DNA of 64,000 nucleotides from Ptychomitrium polyphyllum (lineage: Eukaryota), in assembly GCA_973851085.1 (NCBI GenBank), contig OZ316775.1, forward strand, positions 3,410,001 through 3,474,000, given 5' to 3'. A program made the translations under genes and the position numbers. Shown here in pieces: positions 53,766 to 64,000 of the stretch. Under the pieces are notes generated by a model. It made no database searches. It was not told where the DNA came from and saw only the letters and a list, made by a program, of their open reading frames with translations. Numbering within the stretch: position 1 is the stretch's first letter; each line of letters starts with the position of its first letter.

Positions 53766-56434
53766 CCGAAAACGATTAGTTTCTTCTTATTGAATCATTC
53801 CCATAGGAGAAAAGTAACTTTAACAGCCTTGAGAAATGTATTATTTAGATATAGTGTGTGACAGTTACAATTGTTCAAAATTTGAAATCTTGAGGATTCA
53901 ATCCCTTTATTCCAAATTTGTAATGCTAAAACATTTTCAAGAATAAAATATTTACTTTGTAATTTTTCATTCCTTCAATTCTTGAAAATGTTTTAGCATT
54001 ACAAAGTAGTATGATTAAATATAAAAGAAATATCAAAAAGATTAGAGTAACATTATGACTTGAGGATTTAATTTGTATAAACTCAAGATTTGAGATCATT
54101 TCATTCATTCTTAAGGTAACTCAAAACTTTAAGGTTTTTAAATGTACCTTAGAAGTACATATGCTTTCAAAATCCTTTTTACTTCAAAAAGTTAAATAAA
54201 ATAATTTTCAAACAACAAATCAAAATTTTTAAAAAAAATGTTGTTGTACACTATTTTTTTCTTGCACATTTAAGTTTTGATAAAAAGTGTCTTTTTGCAA
54301 TCTTCACAAGGTGTTAATTTACAATCACGCTTTCAATACCTATATTTGGAATTCATAGTCCTTTATAGATTAAAAATTAAAAGTTCTTAAATTTCCTAGT
54401 GAAACCAACATATCTTTTAAATCAAATATCTTCAAATTTATGTTTCATAAAAAGACACTATTGCAGCTTGTAAAACAATATTATATGTCTTTGATTAAAT
54501 TTAAAAAAAAATCTACTTTAGAATACTAATGCATGATATTTCAAGAAAGATGCTACATTCAATCCCGCTTCTTACAAGAACGTTCCATTAAAGTCCCACA
54601 CATTAGAGTTATTTCAATATTATTTAATTTGCTTTTATAAGTAATTAAATTCCTACTTCCAAGTCCATATTTTGGTATCAAGTATATGTATTCCAAATCA
54701 AGTCGTTGAAACATTCTTACATAAAGTTATGTACTTTTACCATAAACACACCCAGAGTGAACAAGTCCTTGAATAAAGAAAGACATTCTCAAACAACTCA
54801 AACAACCTTTACATGCATAAAGCTATAATTCTCATACTTGTTTAAAAGAAGTTTAGAGCGGTCCGCCATCAAAAACTACACTGTTTAGCCAAGGGCTTAG
54901 TTGTGGCCCAATCATCAGGCACAGTAAGGAAAACTCTAAACTTGACTCATAGGGTAAAAGTGGGCCCTAGTCCCAGTTCCCAGGTGTAAAATTATAAAAT
55001 TCTAGAATGTTGTGGTGGTACCAAGTACACTCCTGGTAGCATTTGAAAGCTCTCAGTCATAATGAAGATTCTTTCAGTCTTTATTGTTGCATGACCTCAC
55101 AAGGAAAACGCTCACAAGCTCCCAGGAAGGAATCCCTCCTGAAACGCATGTGCCAATGCAAGGGAACCCAAAACTAAGTGGGGAACACGATATCACTCAG
55201 GGTGGTGTACTCTCCCCGGCAAGTAATTAAAACCGACCAAATATAGTGAATGGTTCTCAACGCTGCCACGGCAGACCGCGCGTCCATCCCGACCGCGGGC
55301 TTGGGTAGCGTCCGGTAGGCGGAAGCATTAGTCTTTCAACCATTGTCACTTAGCATCGTTCCCGCGTATTAGTGATCGTATTAATAAGTCCATTAGGCGA
55401 ACAAAACGCCGACCTCTCGCAGGATTGTGGCTCCGATCCTCGTCGGGCATGATGGAGCTCAGGCACCCAAATCTGGCTATGTCACGCGCGTGTTAGGCGT
55501 GCTGCTCTTCATTTGCTCTCCACGATTTCCCTTTACATCCACTCCTCATAGGCCGCCAGCGAAAGCGTGTCGCTGAGCCTGCGCCGCGACCAACCATCCA
55601 CACAGGCGCACAGTCGAGTCCCCTTAATGAGGAACCATGGATGAAGGAAATCTGCTCCTGAAACCGTCGCAGCACTCATAATTGAATTATTAATCTACCA
55701 TTTTAGTAGAATCAGATTCTGATATCTACCCCAGGTATTGATTCCGTCACTGTAGGGTGGAGTGTTGCTTATCTGCATATTCGCTGAACTATCATGGTGG
55801 AATGCACAATTTGTATTTGAGTACTATGACGCAGTTCGGGAACGGTCCTTCTTTATCTTCGCGATTTAGATTTCGAAGCTTTAAATGTTCGCATTTAGCA
55901 GATGAGGGGTAGGTTGCCATGGACGGCGACGGGCTGTAAGCAGTGGCTTCACCTGGATGGGTTAGTTAATTAATAAAAGGACGGAATACCGGGAGCATGT
56001 GCGGTTCCGGGGCGTGGTTGGTCGCGTTGACTGTGGTGAACGGCATGCGGAGCACAGATTAGTGGATATAGTGGCGAGGGCCAGCGCGGAGGCAAAGGAG
56101 CTCCTGCGGATTCCTACTCGCGGCGTTGTCATTGGGCTTGGCTTGCTGTCTGAAATTCTGGCTGGCGTAGACGGCACTTGGTTTTAATTTCCTTGCGATG
56201 AAAGAGACGGAGTCATGTGGAGGCAAGAGCTCGTGGTCGACCATGGTGGAGGAGCTCGGCATTTGTGGTGGACTTCCGGGATTCGATTGCCGAGTGTGTG
56301 TGAGCGGAGGTGGACGGTGTGGAGAGGCGAGAACGCAGAGAGAAATACTAGCGAGTTAGTGAGGAGTGTGGAGGAGGAGGTTGCCGTAGGTAGTTTGAGG
56401 TGTGGCGTTGCGGTGGCGTGAGGGACGAATAAGC

Positions 56435-59400
56435 ATGGCAGTCGATACGATGATGAGCATTGAGGTGCCGGTGGTGTCGTCGCGGCGATCCATGAGTATT
56501 GAGATGCCGAGTAACACCGAAAGACGGTCTATGAGTGTGGAGGTGCCGTTCAACCCTGCGAGGCGGTCGATGAGTATTGAAATGCCATCTTCGAAGCGGT
56601 CGTCGAGGACGAGTCTGACGTTGAAGCGCACGAACGAGTGGTAATTCTTCTCAGCCCCTGCTTCGTGAATATCTTTGTATTTTCTCCTTCTGTAATGCGG
56701 ATCCTTGTTCCTATCCGTTCAATCCTCCTTCTGTAAAGCATTTTATGGCAAAGCAGAGTAGCACTCCTCATTTTCGGGAGCGGATATCATTTTCGTGAGG
56801 AGCTTACCTTTCTGTGTATGAAAGTCGCCAATACCGACACTCATGATCTTACAGAGTTAGGAATCACCGCAAGGGCGCACTCTCTCCCAAGGTCAAGCTG
56901 CTGGAAAGTATTGCTTTAGTTTAGATTGTCCAGCACTAACGTAGCAACCAGTGCAAAGGAGTTTTAAATCAACTGTTATTAGTGCAACGATATTAAATTG
57001 GAGGGCACTCCATACGAAAAGCCTGAGTGAGAGGATACAGTTGAGGAGTAATTGAAAATATAAGCGTGTTACTTTCTTGTCGCTACAGGCGCGTGTCAAC
57101 GGATGCTCCTACTGACATCGTTGTCGAGGTCGGCGGTCAGAGCTTCGCTTTGCACAAGGTACGTTTCCAAACATTTTCTGAAATGATGCGCTTGAACGTA
57201 TTTGTGTCAGGATTATGCACTTTACATTTGCCGTTACTTATTTCTATCCATTCACTTGCAATCATAATAGGATGATTTTTGTTTGTCCGACACGTGCCTG
57301 TCTTCGAAGCTCGTGTTGGCAAGGTTGAGAAGTACGACAATCTTGGAAGGTTCTGGAAGTTTTATGCAATTCTAATAACTATTTGTTTCACTGGTGCCCA
57401 TTTCAGTTTCCTCTAGTAGCAAGAAGCGGTAAAATCCGGAGGTTAGTAGCCTGCGAAATAGCCGATGTAGACGGCGTAGTGCATCTTCAGTTGCCAGAAT
57501 TGCCTGGGGGATCGGAGGCGTTTGATCTGGCAGCCAAATTCTGTTATGGTATTAATTATGATATTACCACGTACAATGTGGCTCTCCTTCGCTGCGCTGC
57601 TGACTACCTGGAGATGAATGAACAATGGGGCGATAATAACCTGGTGGAACGCACAGAGAAATTCCTTAACGAATTTGTCCTCCAAAATCTTGCTGAGTCC
57701 ATTGCCGTGCTTCACAATTGCGAAAGTCTTCTGCCGCTTGCTGAAGATTTGAAACTAGTCAACAGGTGCATAAACGCAGCAGCGCTAAAAGCAGTTAGGT
57801 ACGATGAAACTCTGTTACAAGCATTGTAAATAAATTGAGAGTCTGTTTTGGGCCTTTTCTCTTCAAGAACACTCAGAAAGTAATGTGATAAATCCAATTG
57901 TCAAAACCTATCTGCTCTGTCATGTAGGGAACAACTCGGTGGTGGTTTAACCCGCTCAGATTATGAAAGCTCCTTGCGCTTCGACAACGTTAAGCTTTCA
58001 TTCAATGATGCGCCGGCCGCGCCGGTTGTTGAATGGTGGGCAGAAGATCTCGCAGTCCTTCGCTTCGAACTTTTCCAGAGAGTGCTTGCTGCGATGAGAG
58101 CTAAAGGCTTGCGTTCTGAGAGTATCGGTGGAGCTGTGATGCATTACGCACATCGTGCTTTGAAAGGCATACACAAGAGGCAGATAATGAAATCGCCAAA
58201 GCCTCAGGTACTGATAGTTACTGGACCTGTACTTATATGTACTTACGTTTGTAAGCGGATATGTAACGTAGCAATAAACTATAAAGTTCGGAGAATGTTG
58301 TAGCACGATTGAGTAGGTCTTGTCATTAAACACGGAACCATTCTTAAATACTAGAATACCTCACGTTACCAGTGACACGCATGCGTTTGGTTGTTGTTAT
58401 TATCCATTTTGTAGTAAATGTCAATGCTTGAAGGAACCTGAGTTTTTTTAAACATATGTTCATGCATCCCTTTTTCAGCTTATTTCTCCTGTAACGACTA
58501 TGGAGCACGAGCAACGAATTTTAGTGGAGGCGATTGTCAGTATAATGCCACTAGAGAAAAACGCTATTTCTTGTAGCTTTTTATTTGGATTGTTGCGTGC
58601 GGCCGTCGTCTTGGAGAGCACTCTAGCTTGTCGTCTCGATCTTGAGCGGCGGATCGGCTTACAGCTGGAGCAAGCCACTCTGGATGATCTGCTGATTCCA
58701 TCTGTTAGTCATAACGGAGATACTCTCTTCGATGTAGATGCTGTACAGCGGATCCTTAACTGTTTTATGCAACAAGATGGTGCCGAAGACATTGATGTAA
58801 GCTTGTTGATACCTGGATCCTAAGTCCGTTTCATCCAGTTCAGAAGTTTCACTATGGAATTTTCATTCATGCCGGATAATTTTGAGTTGGAGTAACAGCA
58901 TTGACTTTAGAGGCTGAGTTTTCCTTAACGTGACGTAACACCCGATCAACATTCCTTAGATTGGAACATTTATCTCTCCAAGTTCTCAATTTAAGGTCTG
59001 ACTGTCGGCTGGTTTTCTTTACAGGAAATACATCTGTACAAGGTCGATGGTGTAGGATCCCTAACTCAAAGTGCTCTAATGAAAGTTGCGAAACTACTTG
59101 ATACCTATCTAGCGGAGATTGCACCAGACGCAAATCTTACTATGAGTAAGTTCATTGCTCTAGCAGAGGTTTTGCCAGAGCACGCGAGGAGTGTTGATGA
59201 CGGATTATATAGAGCAGTCGATGTGTTCCTTAAGGTACATTACACCCCACGATCTGGATATGCATGTTGTCTACCACTTATTCACTTTCTGCCGCCAATC
59301 AAATTTCATTTATATGACCTCTATCAATGTAGTGATTCGTTTGTAGAGCTGGAGGGGTTTTTTGAGTTATTATCGACGCTGAGGCATCTCTTACTAATTC

Positions 59401-60006
59401 CTTCTTCATTTGTATGCATTGATTCGAACTGTGATCACAATGCAGGCACATCCAGCAGTTAACGAGGCAGAACGCAAGACTTTGTGCAAGTTGGTAGACT
59501 GTCAGAAACTTTCTCAGGATGCTTGTACACACGCTGCGCAGAACGAAAGACTACCTGTTCAAGTTGTCGTCCAGGTCCTCTACTTTGAACAACTGCGATT
59601 GCGAAATGCCATGTCCACCATAAACAACAGAGGAGATCCGGCTTTACGCCACCAACCATCTCAAAGGATGACGGTTGGAAATTCAGGTGCACAGTCACCA
59701 AACGAAAATTTCGAGTTCATGAGGAGGGAGAATCGAGACCTGAAGCTCGAAGTTGCGCGGATGCGTATGCGACTGACTGAGGTAGAAAGAGATCAGACCA
59801 ACTTTAAAATGGACATTGTCAAGGGGGGCGGAGGGAAGACGTTCATCGACACCATGTCCAAGAAGTTCAGTAAATTAAACCCCTTCCTTCGTCGTGAATC
59901 GAAGGATTTCAGAAACAACGGCTATCCAGCCAACGGCAATGGCATACCTTTAACCCCAGATGTCCGTCCCGCTAAACCTCGAAGGCGTCGGCATTCAGTT
60001 TCATAG
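56435..60006 (+). CDS. NPH3/RPT2-like (NRL) BTB/POZ-NPH3 domain protein, ~678 aa, 7 exons
   Basis: Exons 56435-56640, 57089-57158, 57407-57798, 57928-58207, 58479-58796, 59025-59234 and 59446-60006 are in phase (2037 nt). BTB: TDIVVEVGGQSFALHKFPLVARSGKIRRL and LPGGSEAFDLAAKFCYG. NPH3 domain: WWAEDL, LERRIGLQLEQATLDDLLIP and DGLYRAVDVFLKAHP. Also CTHAAQNERLPVQVVVQVLYFEQ, a coiled coil and the C-terminus RRRRHSVS. Confidence 0.95.
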
Positions 60007-61904
60007 TTCTTAACACAAACCGTCTGTGACACGGTTGAAATCTGTAAAAATATTATTTCTCAGAGATCATGCACATGGAGGCACAACTGTCTCATTTCAC
60101 GGAGCCATACTCCTTTAATACTAAAACACTTCATGAAACCCCAGTTTTATGAGAATAAGTTCTTCGAGGTTTAGGGTTGTGAGATGAGCTCTCCAGTTGT
60201 TACGATAGATTGGCAAGTAACAACAGCTTGCAATGAACCATACACGTTTCTACCTGCCTGCATTAGGCAAACTCATATATAAATTGTATAATCGACATAT
60301 CAACCCACTATTATTTTCGCTCGTTGTAAGCGTAGAATCAAAGGCAGTGCCTAACCACCATTGTTAACTCGAATTTACCAGTTCGTTGCTCCTGCATCTA
60401 CCTTCAATCACAACATCAAACAGCAAATTTGTACGACAAGTAGCATAACTGCACTTAGTTGGTTGCAACAGACTCATGTAATTTTGGAATCACAAAGGTA
60501 CTGAGCTTCTATTTAAAGTCAGAAAACAAAAGTCGATGGGAAAAGATCCGAGGTAAAACACGAACCTCAACAATGTCAACTGCAGGATCAAGAGAGTCTA
60601 AATTTGTCGACGCCTACATGTTCTATGACTGTTCTGTCGGATTCTAACTCTGTTGCACAGTTTATCGTCCTCCGTAAAAACCTTGTCCTCCACCAACGCT
60701 GCAAGCTCACGCCACTTGGGTAATGCAGAAACCTGCAGAAAAAGCTCCAGTTTTGAGGACTAGAGTAACATACAGTTGCCTCCGTTTTCTCACCATATGC
60801 ATTGTAGTATATGGCCACAATCATCACCTTACAACTCTTCGTTTCATGGTCCATAGAAAGGTGCACCGTTCTAGGAGCTCGAGTATGGGAATTTTTAAAC
60901 TGGTAGTTTTTTCTCATCTCCTGTTGCCGGATTCCACACAGCACAACACACTCGTTGAGACTGCGTCATATTACATAGATCCACAAATTTGAACAGAAAA
61001 CACACAAGGCCACCATCACCCGCTTCGTTATCTCTCCACAACACCAGGAATTAGCACTACTGAGTTCGATTTGTGGCCACCACTGCTAACTCACAAACCC
61101 TCAAATCACAAAGAGCTCGGAGATTGATGGAGTCATTGTTGTAATATCCATTAGATCCATGATGGTGTTGACTTACAAAAGTATTTATTTATACAAAGTG
61201 GTATCAAGATTGTTTGAAAATTTCTAAATCATTATCTAAGATGATAACTTATTTTATGCATGATACTAATATTATGAAGATACAAATATTTCAGATTACT
61301 TTAATGTGACTAGAATTCACACAAAAAATGTGTTTGTGCCTAACAGTTTATTTGTTCAACTTATTTGTGACACATATACGTGTCCCATTGCAATGCAGGC
61401 TCACGTGAAACTAGAATTGGGTAAAAGGAAACTTGCTCTTTCAAAGCTTTGACTTCTGCCAATGTCCGTTTCCTTAAGATGCATTTGGGCACCGAGGAGT
61501 TGGTGTGCTATGGCATGGATGCTCTTTAATTCTCTGTGGAGCAAATACATGCCAACATTGACAGTGAACTCCCGAAGTGTGTCATCTTCATTTTATGTGA
61601 GGACTCAAAACATGGAGCTGATAAGAGCTCTGATCGTTGTCAAAGTTACAAATAAGTAGAGGTGAAAAGAAGTTGGTTTCATGACTAGAATCTTAAACAC
61701 TACTGTGCATGCCTTCATACAGACTGCTTTCTAAGATGGGAAGCAACACAGATGCCTGTACGATCCAACTCAAACTCCCGGAAAAAGGGATTGAAAGCAT
61801 GTTTCCTAGACTTTTTACATAGCGGAAATACAACTATGGGGTTGTTCACATTCAGAACAAAGAACCTACACACCCAAGATGCTTCCGATCATTGAAAGAC
61901 TCAC

Positions 61905-62560
61905 GAATTATAGACCAGTTTCCCATGCTTCACTTGAACCGGAGTGCAAAATCTTTTCAAACCATTGTCTCTCTCCCAATCCCGTTTCTACAGGCAAAGT
62001 AGATATAAGGGTTGACACGTTTCAATGTTGCTTCGTCAAAGTAGGCATGAACAGACTTCCTCCAACTCAACCTAATTCAGACTAACATGAAGGGCAAATT
62101 ATACATTACTCGGATGTAATCAAATATAGCCTGCTTCAAAGCCGCATCCTCCTGAGCAATGTACCATCCATAAACCAGTCCAGAACGCAGCCTATCAGTC
62201 ACCCAGTTGTAAGTCTCCAATACATCCTTTGTCTTTGTTTCTTCTCCAAACACCGAATTCTCTGTCAGATCGGGCAATGGGATCCAATGTGGACAGCAGG
62301 GTGGCAATCTCCTTCCTCCTCATCTCCTCCTCCGATGCGGTTCAGCTATCTGTGCAACCTCTACCTCCAGGTCCACTGTAAAAGGCACGGCAGGAACCTC
62401 CTCCATCGCTATGTACTTCCTCTTCTGCTTCTTGTGCAATTCTTCGCCTCTGGTCGCTCCATGATCCGCCACAATCTGCAGACAAATATCTGAGCTGCCA
62501 TTGGAATTCCTTCCGCTTCATTCATCTCCATCCTCCTGTGCTTCAGCTCGGGATGGTGAC
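61905..62560 (-). pseudogene. Orphan spliced coding relic of unknown product
   Basis: One frame reads ...IVADHGATRGEELHKKQKRKYIAMEEVPAVPFTVDLEVEVAQIAEPHRRRR*(62320-62322)GGRRLPPCCPHWIPLPDLTENSVF...AIFDYIR|gtaatg. An AG/GT-bounded in-frame exon 61987-61905 (KRDWERDNGLKRFCTPVQVKHGKLVYN) follows. Confidence 0.45.
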
Positions 62561-63974
62561 AACCTGATTACTGTTGTGCATTGTGTGCAAGCGCATCCAC
62601 TAAGCTAACTTTATCACCTAACGTACTCAGAAAGGAGTGATCTCCTGCTGCACTGACGTGTTTCAAATTAGTCGACAGTGGACTGCGAGAGCTTTGAGAC
62701 TCCGCTGGCGGCTGCTGTTGATGATGATTATCACAAAAAACTTGCGTTCCAAGACTGCATTGCATGCACCAGGATGCAAAATACTGTGGACCGAACAAAA
62801 AATCACAAAATATTACAGAAAAAACTGCCTTTTTCATAATACATCCTTAACTTTTGAAGATACCCTGCTTTGCATGCCAGTGAAGATTCTGGATCCCATT
62901 GAAATAGTTATTTGCTCAGTCCTCCTCAAAGTCAAAACTTTTGCTAAAAGCACGTTTTAACTCATTTTCACCATAAAGAGGAAAAAAAGCACGTTATTTT
63001 TGATGAGCCAAAAAAGAATTTTTACAATGTAAGGGCGTGGTAGGAAAGCCGCAAATTTTGGAACTTTTTAAAGTTGATCAAGTTTCTCAAAGTCTTTCCT
63101 AAAGCCAATCTTTAGTTCATTTTGAATGGTCAAAGCTCATCTTAGCTATTCTTCCAAATTGGAAGTGCTTTTAATACTTATATAAAAAGATTATCATTTA
63201 CAAGGAAAACCACACTCTAATAATACAAGATGAAGAGGTTTTATTTCATAGATAATTCTATTAATTCTTAAAAGAGCTTATTCATCTTATATTTTCATGA
63301 TATACAAAAATAAATTATAAATAGTATATAAATGAGTAATTTGGAGTTTGTATCCAAAAAAAAGTTATAGAAAGTGAATTATAGTTATATCTATACATTT
63401 GGATTCTACATTTATATCACCAATATTTTAATCTAAAATATAGCACTAAAATCTTAAATTTCTTTTTAAAATAGATTCTAAACAAAAAATTGGTATTATG
63501 GAAGTACATGAATTGAAATGTAATACTCTAAATATAGCAACTTTTTGTAAGTTTTCAATTACATAAAACTGTGAATTCTGAAAAAATTGAACCAAACATC
63601 TTGAACATTTTGACTTAAACCACTTCCACTTCACTAATCTTAAAATAATAATGAAATCTGATTGAGAATTTAAATCGCCGAATTCATGACTTAAAACAAG
63701 ATCCACGTCGGCAGAAAATAATGGATAGAATATCGTATCCAATTCCATAAATATTGGAGACTGCATTTACCGTGGCAGTTGCAGGAGCCACCTCCCGTAG
63801 GAGTTGATTATTTACTGCGCAGTTCAGTGACTTCGACGGTTCTAATGATTAGAACTCCAGTTTCGTAAGCAGCCGCATGGGAACGTCGCCGGGGAACTTC
63901 GTCTCTCTCGAATGTAGCACAAGAGAAACCATCCTCGCGGACTTGCTGCAACATCTCTCACATGCATCGATCCA

Positions 63975-63992
63975 TCAGGGTTTAGGGTTTAA
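63975..63992. promoter_or_regulatory. Telo-box / two plant telomere-type units in a CpG-rich segment at the window end
   Basis: cagggtttagggtttaa lies within CpG-rich sequence from ~63700. It is likely the promoter or 5'UTR of a gene outside the window. Confidence 0.45.
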
Positions 63993-64000
63993 CGAAGCTG

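Noticed and set aside
62320..62322. In-frame TGA as a selenocysteine codon
   Set aside because: It lies in an Arg run (likely CGA>TGA), there is no redox motif, a second stop lies upstream, and land plants are not known to use selenocysteine.
63975..63992. Telomere or interstitial telomeric array
   Set aside because: There are only about two units, which better fit a telo-box.

Overview
This window is eukaryotic nuclear DNA with GT-AG introns. The gene content (ET family, NPH3/RPT2-like, plastid-type ValRS) points to a land plant. The style and the AT-rich decayed intergenic tracts suggest a moss such as Physcomitrium, but that is inference. Three intact multi-exon genes can be assembled in phase: an EFFECTOR OF TRANSCRIPTION (GIY-YIG plus one ET repeat) gene (18159-20447, +), a 17-exon DmX-like/Rav1 (rabconnectin-3alpha-like) WD40 gene (39897-52151, +) and an NPH3/RPT2-like BTB gene (56435-60006, +). 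Two intronless paralogous secreted, acidic Ser/Pro/Tyr-rich proteins end in GGY (24507-25058 and 32664-32972, -), and a probable third paralog 5' end lies at about 22312. Decayed genes include an organellar valyl-tRNA synthetase pseudogene with stops, frameshifts and missing exons (6291-10478, -), an F-box/beta-propeller pseudogene (about 29493-30800, +) and an orphan spliced relic (about 61905-62560, -). Several tandem repeats and AT-rich, probably TE-derived tracts are also present. The most notable observations are the N-terminal tandem RRSMS(I/V)E(M/V)P motifs in the NRL protein, which mimic its C-terminal phototropin/14-3-3 site, and the GGY-terminated acidic HRGP-like mini-cluster. I found no CRISPR array, tRNA or rRNA.
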